From: Pyrinomonadaceae bacterium | Lineage (GTDB): Bacteria; Acidobacteriota; Blastocatellia; Pyrinomonadales; Pyrinomonadaceae | DNA: 64,000 bases | NCBI GenBank assembly: GCA_044229875.1 | Contig: JBGASE010000001.1 | Location: 29,639-93,638 of the forward strand | Direction of reading: 5' to 3' | In this document: positions 40,877-48,144 of the stretch, piece by piece | Position numbering within the stretch: the stretch's first letter is position 1 | How the letters are laid out: each line of letters begins with the position of its first letter | The notes under the pieces: model-generated | What the model was told of the DNA's origin: nothing | Seen by the model: the letters and a program-made list of their open reading frames with translations, nothing else | Database searches by the model: none | Made by a program: the position numbers and the translations under genes

Positions 40877-40894
40877 AATGAATGGTCATTCATT
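40877..40894. promoter_or_regulatory. candidate TetR operator palindrome AATGAATG-GT-CATTCATT
   Basis: Perfect 8-bp inverted arms about 50 nt upstream of the TetR-family gene start. Confidence 0.4.
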
Positions 40895-40945
40895 CATGGA
40901 TCTGCGGCGCTGATCGTCAGACGCTTTTCCAAACCACGAAACCTT

Positions 40946-41548
40946 ATGTCTCGAACAACTGCCAAACCATTCGTCAGCGACAAACGCGAAGCAATCCTGC
41001 GCGCCGCCATCAAGGTCTTCGCCGGAAAAGGCTATTTCAACTCAAAGGTCGCGGACATCGCGAAAGAAGCCGGAATCGCCGACGGAACCGTTTATCTCTA
41101 CTTCAAGAGCAAAGACGATATTCTGCGTTCATTTTTTGATCGCGCAATGAGCGATTTCATCGCCGAAGGAAAACGTGAGCTGACCGAGATCGATGGCGCC
41201 GAAGCGAGACTTCGGCGAATCGCCCAGCTTCACCTGGAACGGCTCGGCGACGACCGCGATCTGGCAATCGTTTTTCAGGTCGAGCTTCGCGGATCGACGA
41301 AATTCATGCAGGAATTTTCGGCCAAGGGATTTGCCGACTATTTGGACATCATCCGCGCGACCATTGCTGACGGACAAAAGGAAGGCGTATTTCGCAAGGA
41401 TCTGAAGCCGATCGTTGTCGCCAAAATGCTGTACGGCGCGCTTGATGAAATGGTGACCAATTGGATCCTGTCACGCAAGCCGTATCCGTTGGCGCCGATG
41501 GCCGATGAAGTTTTGAAAGTCTTTTTCGGAGGTGTTCTTCAACGATGA
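40946..41548 (+). CDS. TetR/AcrR-family transcriptional regulator
   Basis: 200 aa. N-terminal HTH REAILRAAIKVFAGKGYFNSKVADIAKEAGIADGTVYLYFKSK. Overlaps the downstream ligase gene by 4 nt. Confidence 0.9.
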   Translation: MSRTTAKPFVSDKREAILRAAIKVFAGKGYFNSKVADIAKEAGIADGTVYLYFKSKDDILRSFFDRAMSDFIAEGKRELTEIDGAEARLRRIAQLHLERLGDDRDLAIVFQVELRGSTKFMQEFSAKGFADYLDIIRATIADGQKEGVFRKDLKPIVVAKMLYGALDEMVTNWILSRKPYPLAPMADEVLKVFFGGVLQR

Positions 41549-43407
41549 ATACCGTCGGCAACATCGTGCCAAATGCCACAAAGGTTGTGCGAACGCGGGT
41601 TCCGCTGTTTGAAGACGAACCGCGGACACTGGGCGAACTGTATGCTTTTGCGGCCCGAAAGCATGACCGGCCTGACGCGCTCAATTACAAAAAGGACGGC
41701 GCGTGGCATCGGATCCCGACTGTCGAAATGATCGAACGCGCCGGCAACATCGCGCTTGGCCTGCATTCCCTCGGCTTGAGAAAAGGCGATACGGCCGCGA
41801 TTCTCGCGGCAAATTCGCCCGACTGGACGATAACCGACGCCGGTTGCCAGATGTCGGGCGTGATCGACGTGCCGATCTACACGACGTTGGCGCCGAACGC
41901 CGTTGCCTACATTCTTCGGGATTCCGGTGCGCGGGTTCTCTTTGTCGAAAATCATGCCGGATTTGAGCGTTTGAAAGATGTCATCGCCGAATGTCCGCGG
42001 CTTGAAACGATTGTCGTCTTCGAGGCCAAAGAATCGGATGATGCTGATACGATGCCGATCAGCGAACTTGAACGGATCGGCGCTGGCGTACGATCCGATA
42101 ATCCGGCGCTGATCGAAGAACTTCTCGCTGCCGTCAAGCCTGACGATATTGCGACACTGATTTACACATCGGGAACGACCGGCGAACCGAAAGGCGTGAT
42201 GCTGACGCATTCAAACCTTGTTTCGAACGCGATCGACGCCGGCGAAAAATATGGTTTTTCCGAAAGCGACGTCCCGCTGTCGGTACTTCCGCTTTCGCAC
42301 GTTTTTGAACGCACCGGCATGTACCTTTACATTCTCAACGGAATGGCGGTTCATTATGCGGAATCGCTTGAAAAAGTCGCTGAAAATCTGCGCGAGGTCC
42401 GTCCGACGTTGTTTGTCGGTGTCCCGCGGATTTTCGAAAAGGTCTATGCCAAAGCTAAGCTCAAGGCGGCTGAGGACAGCAGTTTCAAAGAGCGGATTTT
42501 TGATTGGGCGATCGGGATCGGCAAATCGGTGGCGCTCAAGCACGAACGCAAGGAAGACGTCTCGACGATGCTCGCGATCAAACATTCGATCGCGGACAAG
42601 CTCGTTTTCTCAAAATTCAGAGAGTTCTTCGGCGGCCGCTTGCGCTTTTGCATCACCGGCGGCGCGGCGCTTTCCGAGAATGTGTTTCTGATCTTCAACG
42701 GCGCCGGCGTTGCGATCATGAACGGCTATGGATTGACCGAAACTTCGCCGGTGATCACATCAAGCAACCCGATCGACGTCCGCCTCGGAACGGTCGGCAA
42801 AGTCATCAGAAATGTCGAGGTCCGGATCGCGGAAGACGGCGAGATCGAAGCGCGCGGACCGAACATTATGCTCGGCTATTACAACAAACCGGATGCGTCC
42901 GAAGAGGTTTTTACCGAGGACGGCTGGTTCAAGACCGGCGACATCGGGGAATTCGATTCCGAAGGATATCTGCGCATCACCGATCGGAAAAAAGAACTCT
43001 TCAAGACTTCGGGCGGAAAATACATCGCGCCGTCGCCGATCGAGCAGATGATCAAAGGTTCGCGTTTCGTCAGCCAGGTCGTTCTGATCGGCAACGAACG
43101 CAAATTTCCGGCAGCGCTGATCGTCCCGAGCTTTGATCAACTTGCGAGCTTCGCGAAAGAACACGGCCTTGATCTAGGTAAACCTGACGAGGTTTGCGCG
43201 CACGAGCGCGTGATTCAGTTTTTCGAACGCGAAGTTAACGAATACACGCAGGAACTCTCAAACTACGAACGTGTAAAACGCATCGCGCTGCTTCACAAAG
43301 AACTCACCGTCGAAGGCGGCGAACTGACACCGACCCTAAAAATAAAGCGCCGTGTCGTCAACGAACGATACGCAACAATCATCGAGCAGATCTACGAAGA
43401 GAGCTAG
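41545..43407 (+). CDS. long-chain fatty acid-CoA ligase (AMP-dependent synthetase)
   Basis: 620 aa. AMP-binding motif LIYTSGTTGEPKGVMLTH, and later GWFKTGDIG...GYLRITDRKKELFKTSGGKYIAP. Confidence 0.9.
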   Translation: MNTVGNIVPNATKVVRTRVPLFEDEPRTLGELYAFAARKHDRPDALNYKKDGAWHRIPTVEMIERAGNIALGLHSLGLRKGDTAAILAANSPDWTITDAGCQMSGVIDVPIYTTLAPNAVAYILRDSGARVLFVENHAGFERLKDVIAECPRLETIVVFEAKESDDADTMPISELERIGAGVRSDNPALIEELLAAVKPDDIATLIYTSGTTGEPKGVMLTHSNLVSNAIDAGEKYGFSESDVPLSVLPLSHVFERTGMYLYILNGMAVHYAESLEKVAENLREVRPTLFVGVPRIFEKVYAKAKLKAAEDSSFKERIFDWAIGIGKSVALKHERKEDVSTMLAIKHSIADKLVFSKFREFFGGRLRFCITGGAALSENVFLIFNGAGVAIMNGYGLTETSPVITSSNPIDVRLGTVGKVIRNVEVRIAEDGEIEARGPNIMLGYYNKPDASEEVFTEDGWFKTGDIGEFDSEGYLRITDRKKELFKTSGGKYIAPSPIEQMIKGSRFVSQVVLIGNERKFPAALIVPSFDQLASFAKEHGLDLGKPDEVCAHERVIQFFEREVNEYTQELSNYERVKRIALLHKELTVEGGELTPTLKIKRRVVNERYATIIEQIYEES

Positions 43408-43669
43408 TGTTCGAGCTTCTCCGCAGTCGCGGATTTTCCATCGCGCAAAACCTGCGCCGGCGATTTCTCCAAGGTTCGCACCTGAAGGCCGTGGCAAATG
43501 AGCCTTTGGCAGGAAGACTCCAAACGCATCAACATTTGGCGGCCAGAGCATGACTTGCCACGAGCTTCAGCTAGTGGGTTGAATGTCCTTAAAATAGAAC
43601 TGGGCTTTAGCCCAACTGAGTCGTTTTGGCTAAAGCCGGAATTCTTAGAACTCCTGACCCACAGCCTGA

Positions 43670-43804
43670 AGGCCGTGGCAATACTACCGGGCCCGTTGGT
43701 ACGATTCTAATCTCGGACGATTCATCTCCGAAGATCCGATCGGCTTCGCCGGCGGCGATGTCAATCTTTACGGGTATGTCGGAAACGGACTATATGACCA
43801 ATAA
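43670..43804 (+). pseudogene. Rhs/YD-repeat core junction remnant with the toxin domain deleted
   Basis: This frame reads RPWQYYRARWYDSNLGRFISEDPIGFAGGDVNLYGYVGNGLYDQ*. That is the RHS repeat-associated core signature, preceded by a stop and truncated 4 residues after the core. Confidence 0.8.
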
Positions 43805-44060
43805 CGAACTATTCATTTGCAGAGTTTGTGGTTTGACCCAGACTGATATGCCGTGGGGCGAAAGTGGAGAAGACCCGAGTCACGACATTTGCGATTGCTG
43901 CGGAACAGAATTCGGATACGAGGACTCTTCAATTGATACAATTAAGAAAAACCGGGAGATGTGGCTGAAGTCGGGGGCAAGATGGTGGAACAGTAAAGTC
44001 CTGCCGAATGACTGGATTTTGGACGAACAGCTTGAGAATATCCCATTGCAATTTAGATAA
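43794..44060 (+). CDS. small Cys-rich protein (CPCC-family-like), immunity-like
   Basis: 88 aa from ATG 43794, which overlaps the remnant's end. CRVCGL...PWGE..EDPSHDICDCCGTEFGYED pattern. The track ORF 43626.. is a read-through artefact upstream of this ATG. Confidence 0.65.
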   Translation: MTNNELFICRVCGLTQTDMPWGESGEDPSHDICDCCGTEFGYEDSSIDTIKKNREMWLKSGARWWNSKVLPNDWILDEQLENIPLQFR

Positions 44061-44135
44061 TCGCCCGCCTCGGGATTTTTCGCTCCGATAACGATGCCGA
44101 ATCTTCCGAAATGACAAATTGGAAAAGGAGCCGAA

Positions 44136-44381
44136 ATGCTTGTTGCAAAAGTGATCGTAAATGAAGAAACGGGAATTCCAACCGGCGAGGTTGAGCTTGT
44201 TCTTGACCAAAACGGACTTCATGAACTTTGTGAAAGACTCGAATGGATTCGGCGCGGAGAGACGGATCATTTCCACCTGATGACGACCGAGTGGGGCAGC
44301 GGTGAACTTCAGATCTTTCAGGAATCAGAGAAAGAGAAGCTTGTTCATCACTTCAAGGTCCGTCATGTGCCGGAAGTCTGA
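44136..44381 (+). CDS. small immunity-like protein (Imm32-like by recollection)
   Basis: 81 aa. AAGGAG lies 6 nt upstream. GLHELCERLEWIRRGETDHFHLMTTEWGSGEL pattern. Confidence 0.6.
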   Translation: MLVAKVIVNEETGIPTGEVELVLDQNGLHELCERLEWIRRGETDHFHLMTTEWGSGELQIFQESEKEKLVHHFKVRHVPEV

Positions 44382-44548
44382 TTTCGGGAGTTACTCGACA
44401 ATGCCGATGCACGGAATGCTGGCAGTTCGAATATACGCATTGGTTTATGTTTTGAATTCGATTTCGTATCGAATAAATCGAAGATCGCTCACCCGATGAC
44501 TCAGACGGACATTCGATTGGTCAGAAAATACTTGGAGAAACGCAACAA

Positions 44549-44861
44549 ATGAACAACGTAGTTGAGAAATTAGAACTCTTTCGAGATTTGGCTCGGATGG
44601 AGTGCGGTCCGGCATTTTTCGATTTCCATAATGATTTCGACTTTTCCGGATGGTCATATTCAGATCGAACACTGATCTTTTGCTTCACGAGACCGACAGA
44701 TGATCTTGACCCTTGATACGCTTTATCGGGGTCGATTTGAGAATGAGGGAGAATTGCTCGACGTTTCGACTGACGGCAGATTTTGCATATGCTTCGATTT
44801 TATTGACGGATTTGATGGTCGCTTTCTATGTGAAGGATTAGAAGTCACGCCCTCCGTTTAA
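44549..44861 (+). pseudogene. frameshifted small immunity-like gene (55-aa plus 53-aa halves)
   Basis: ATG 44549 with GGAGA upstream opens MNNVVEKLELFRDL...TRPTDDLDP* (stop 44714-44716). An overlapping frame from 44700 continues ILTLDTLYRGRFENEG...EGLEVTPSV* to 44861. Confidence 0.45.
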
Positions 44862-44882
44862 ACGATTTTCGAATGCATTTGG

Positions 44883-44925
44883 GGTATTTTGGATTTGTGA
44901 TTTCGGATTGCGGATTGCCGCACCC
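44883..44925. repeat. 43-nt GATTTCGGATT-family repeat (copy A)
   Basis: GGTATTTTGGATTTGTGATTTCGGATTGCGGATTGCCGCACCC. 42 of 43 nt identical to 46889-46931. Confidence 0.85.
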
Positions 44926-44936
44926 AAGTAGAGTAG

Positions 44937-45353
44937 ATGACGTTTGATGAAGTTAGCACACATACTGCGAACGGGTCTGTTTGTGTAGACATTATCTCGA
45001 CACCGCAATACTCGGGATTCGTGAGAAAAGTGATTTTCTATCCGAGAAATCGGGTGTGTATAGAGTTTGTCGGCAAAGATGTTGGCGAGGATGAAAGCGG
45101 ATATGAATACTGTTGTACGTTTTCGTCACTCAATGAAGCGATACGTAGCATTGAACAGTTCCTTGATAAACCGCTCTCGAATTGGACAAATCATACGAGG
45201 TCCGGGACCCGGCCAAGAATCCAAGAGCCGACCAATATCAAGACGGGCCATGAGTTGCTAAAAGGTGACATAATTCGCTCGAGAATTCCCCTTCCGAGAA
45301 TTGGAGTTTATACGCCTCGGTTCGACCTCAATATCTTTGAATCACCGCACTGA
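44937..45353 (+). CDS. hypothetical 138-aa protein (immunity-like by context)
   Basis: ORF directly after repeat copy A, in the low-GC island. No family recognised. Confidence 0.5.
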   Translation: MTFDEVSTHTANGSVCVDIISTPQYSGFVRKVIFYPRNRVCIEFVGKDVGEDESGYEYCCTFSSLNEAIRSIEQFLDKPLSNWTNHTRSGTRPRIQEPTNIKTGHELLKGDIIRSRIPLPRIGVYTPRFDLNIFESPH

Positions 45354-45569
45354 GAGATTCGCGAAAAGAGTCAAGCTGTCATACGCTCGTATTCGACCAG
45401 ATAATGGCGCGCTATTCCGAAGTAGCCGATCCATTCAGCGACGGAAGCGGCGGTGAGTGATGATGCAGTCGTAATTACCCGACAGTCATACCTTCGTGTA
45501 AGACCAAATAGTGCCGCGACATTCCGATGGTGACGGCAGAAGGAGCTATCAGCGTCCATTTGAGGACAG

Positions 45570-45995
45570 GTGATTGTTATGAATGAAAACCAAACTGATT
45601 CGTGGATTCCAATCGAGAACAGCACGCAATGGCATCAGCTTGCTGAATCGTGTGACTATTTTGAGGACGGAGTGGTTCGCGAACTTAGTTGGACGGGCGG
45701 CGAATATGTTGATGCGAATCGGCAAATGAACTTCAAAGGTCTTCCGTTTGTTTGGCTTCTGATTCAAACGCAGAACGCCTCGGCTCCAGCGATTGAATTC
45801 CTGGTAATGGATGCCGTTGAAATCCGTTTGGATCATTCCTTCGCGCCCGAGTTCAACATGGTCTTCGGCGCGAATGGGATCTTATTTGAGCTTTCACCCA
45901 GCGGTGCCGGGTTTATTCGCGGGGCCCAATTATTTTATAGAATGCCGGAGCGACAGTCATTGGGAGAAACAGGCTTGTTGACAGGCCACGAATAG
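45570..45995 (+). CDS. hypothetical 141-aa protein (immunity-like by context)
   Basis: GTG 45570 or ATG 45579 start after GAGGA. No family recognised. Confidence 0.5.
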   Translation: MIVMNENQTDSWIPIENSTQWHQLAESCDYFEDGVVRELSWTGGEYVDANRQMNFKGLPFVWLLIQTQNASAPAIEFLVMDAVEIRLDHSFAPEFNMVFGANGILFELSPSGAGFIRGAQLFYRMPERQSLGETGLLTGHE

Positions 45996-46140
45996 ATCTT
46001 TCACGTCCTGGAAGTACCCGCTCAAGCCACCAAGGCGGCAACGACTGAGATGGAATCCGAAATTCGGAGCCTTGAAGTTACTTTCAAGGTAACAGTCTCC
46101 TGTAAGTCGTCGCCGACCTCTCGTATCGACGAATGCCGCC

Positions 46141-46194
46141 GAAGATCCGATCGGTTTCGCCGGCGGCGATGTCCCGTTACCTTTTTCAAATTGA
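46141..46194 (+). pseudogene. short degenerate Rhs junction remnant (EDPIGFAGGDVPLPFSN*)
   Basis: Positions 46144-46173 are near-identical at the DNA level to the junction copies at 43733 and 47018, then diverge and hit a stop. Confidence 0.7.
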
Positions 46195-46311
46195 TGAGAC
46201 GATAATATTGATGCGCTTTTGGAGATTATCGTTCCTTATCTCGAAGATATTGATCGATTGGAATTGGCTCAACCTGTCTAAGAAAGTCTTCTTTCGGGGA
46301 CGAATAGCGAA

Positions 46312-46749
46312 ATGAAAATAGAGGAACTAGTTTTGAACTATCGGGGATTTCTCGTCGATGCTTGGCCGACAATGAAAGCGATCTTGGCTGAATGGGATTG
46401 GGATTCGTCGCCCTACTTCGTCGACGAGTGGATGCAGGCAAATTGGGAGCTCTTGGTCGAACGGCCCCTCGACATCAAACTTCCTCCATACGGATTAGAT
46501 CGCTCAACAAAATGTCGATATATCGATCCCGGGGTCATGCCCAGTCACGAGATCTTAGTCACCGAATCTGGTTCGATTCAGCCGCCACGCCTACGATTTC
46601 TTTGCTTCGAAACGAATAGGGACGGTGTAAGTCGGTTTGAGCCGCCTTTTGATCGCGTTTTTGTTGAAGACCCCAAAACGACTAAACGCTTTTCAGTTCA
46701 ATTGCCCGAATTAAGGTTCGACCTTAGAACAATTGAACAACGAAGTTGA
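46312..46749 (+). CDS. hypothetical 145-aa protein (immunity-like by context)
   Basis: ORF downstream of the second junction remnant. No family recognised. Confidence 0.5.
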   Translation: MKIEELVLNYRGFLVDAWPTMKAILAEWDWDSSPYFVDEWMQANWELLVERPLDIKLPPYGLDRSTKCRYIDPGVMPSHEILVTESGSIQPPRLRFLCFETNRDGVSRFEPPFDRVFVEDPKTTKRFSVQLPELRFDLRTIEQRS

Positions 46750-46761
46750 CCACGAACATAG

Positions 46762-46888
46762 TCGCAGTCGCAAGGGCGTCAGCGTTTCATCGTCGGCGGG
46801 AAGGAGAACACGAAGTTCATCTATCACGGTGCCGACGTCATCGCCGACGATAATTCCGGAACGCTGACGAAATACATCAACGGCCTTC
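46762..46888 (+). pseudogene. Rhs core fragment (..QRFIVGGKENTKFIYHGADVIADDNSGTLTKYINGL) truncated by a repeat insertion
   Basis: Matches the usual Rhs pattern x-Y-x-Y-D-G-x-x-hI-A-E-x-D-x-x-G-x-h-x-x-x-Y-h-x-G. It begins just after a stop and ends where the 46889 repeat starts. Confidence 0.6.
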
Positions 46889-47015
46889 GGTATTTTGGAT
46901 TTGTGATTTCGGATCGCGGATTGCCGCACCCGACAAACGCAAACGGCGTACCCGCGTGTTCGATAATTTCAACGGACACCAAATCCGAAATCGGAAATCT
47001 GAAATCCCAAATTGG
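46889..47015. mobile_element. MITE-like element (about 127 nt) with imperfect GATTTCGGATT-type terminal inverted repeats
   Basis: The left end equals repeat copy A. The right end is CACCAAATCCGAAATCGGAAATCTGAAATCCCAAATTGG in opposite orientation. It sits exactly between the Rhs core fragment and the DPIGFAGG junction. Confidence 0.55.
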
Positions 47016-47656
47016 ATGACCCGATCGGCTTTGCCGGCGGCGATGTCAATCTTTACGGGTATGTCGGAAACGGGCCGCTCGGAGCGGTTGATCCGTTTGG
47101 GCTCGAGGCCAGCTACTGGAATGAGATTGCGGATTCCGCTGATGATAGCATCGAGTATGCACGGCAGTTTTATCAGCCGGATCCGCATGCGATCAATACG
47201 AATACAGCGGTCAATTTTGTGTCGTATATGGCCCACGGCACCGTTGATTTACTTCGCGTCGGCAACGGCATCGCCGAGGCCTATTATTGTGAAGAAACGT
47301 GGGAAGGGCGCGCGGCATATGTATTGATGGACATTGCGCGAGCGTCAGGGATCGCGAGCATTGTGCTTGGCGGCGCAGTCGCGGGTGGATTATCGAAGAT
47401 TCCTCCTTCGCGATTTCTCACACGACCAATCAGGTTGCCGGGTAGAGAATGGCCTCAAGGCGGAAAGACATTTCGTGTGGCTCCTTTTGGAAATAACACG
47501 ACCCATCCGATTGGTAGGTGGCCCCACTATCATAGACTCGGACCTAAGATTATGAAGGGGAAAAAGAAAGGCCAGACAATGCCCGGCCAGTCTATGAAGC
47601 GTCACCGTCCGTGGGAATCGTCTCCGTACGATAGATCGTTTTGGGACCGGTTTTAG
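47012..47656 (+). CDS. orphan Rhs C-terminal toxin cassette (core junction plus about 180-aa unrecognised toxin domain)
   Basis: TTG-initiated ORF (M)DDPIGFAGGDVNLYGYVGNGPLGAVDPFGLE, the complete Rhs core end with the DPxGL motif. Followed by a novel domain with a Gly-rich hydrophobic segment and a basic tail carrying PHYHR and HRPWE. Confidence 0.8.
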   Translation: MDDPIGFAGGDVNLYGYVGNGPLGAVDPFGLEASYWNEIADSADDSIEYARQFYQPDPHAINTNTAVNFVSYMAHGTVDLLRVGNGIAEAYYCEETWEGRAAYVLMDIARASGIASIVLGGAVAGGLSKIPPSRFLTRPIRLPGREWPQGGKTFRVAPFGNNTTHPIGRWPHYHRLGPKIMKGKKKGQTMPGQSMKRHRPWESSPYDRSFWDRF

Positions 47657-47669
47657 AGGAGGTATAAGC

Positions 47670-48011
47670 ATGTCAAGTGAAGTTCGACCACCGATCATCG
47701 TCAACGCGAGTGGGGACGTCTATTTTTACCGCACAGTGGCTGAGGTGGAATTGGATTTGGAAGTTCCAGACGTGCGAAACGGCGAGTATGAAGTTTTTGA
47801 TTCACACGGACGTGTTCTTGGGCTCGAGGTTATTTCCAGTGCAATTCAGGATCTGGTGAGAGTGGTCTCGACTGAACGGTTCGATCCCGAGTATTTGCGT
47901 GACTTCATGATCTCTTTTTTCACGGTTGCTGGGGAGAACGAATCGGGGTTGCGCTCAATGCACCTTCGGGAGTTAGTCGATCTTGGGTTGCGTCTATCAA
48001 ATCGCATGTGA
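47670..48011 (+). CDS. candidate cognate immunity protein (113 aa)
   Basis: ATG lies 13 nt after the toxin stop, with AGAGGAGG 7 nt upstream. Small acidic protein; no family recognised. Confidence 0.7.
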   Translation: MSSEVRPPIIVNASGDVYFYRTVAEVELDLEVPDVRNGEYEVFDSHGRVLGLEVISSAIQDLVRVVSTERFDPEYLRDFMISFFTVAGENESGLRSMHLRELVDLGLRLSNRM

Positions 48012-48041
48012 CATTTCTATTGAGTTACTACACAAAATCGC

Positions 48042-48064
48042 GGTAGTGGGTCTGACCCACTACC
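48042..48064. other. perfect 10-bp hairpin GGTAGTGGGT-CTG-ACCCACTACC flanked by AAAATCGC direct repeats
   Basis: Read directly from the sequence, at the right-hand edge of the island just upstream of ffh. Confidence 0.6.
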
Positions 48065-48079
48065 AAAATCGCCAATTCC

Positions 48080-48117
48080 TTGACACATTTGACATCGCCG
48101 ACTAGTATTTATAGTTT
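48080..48117 (+). promoter_or_regulatory. candidate ffh promoter(s): TTGACA-17-TAGTAT and overlapping TTGACA-17-TAGTTT
   Basis: Two TTGACA hexamers (48080 and 48089), each with an A/T-rich -10-like hexamer at 17-nt spacing, 30-60 nt upstream of the ffh ATG. Confidence 0.3.
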
Positions 48118-48144
48118 CGGCTCTAAAGCCAGAAGTGTCTCTAT

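Noticed and set aside
43626-44060. The ORF track lists a single 144-aa ORF.
   Set aside because: The first 56 codons are an out-of-frame read through the Rhs junction remnant; the conserved Rhs signature is in a different frame. The plausible gene is the 88-aa CPCC-like ORF starting at ATG 43794.
45371-45625. An 84-aa minus-strand ORF lies in the gap between two island genes.
   Set aside because: Its 5' part overlaps the better-supported plus-strand gene at 45570, there is no RBS, and no family is recognised. A shorter 62-aa version starting at MDADSS cannot be excluded, but it is unsupported.
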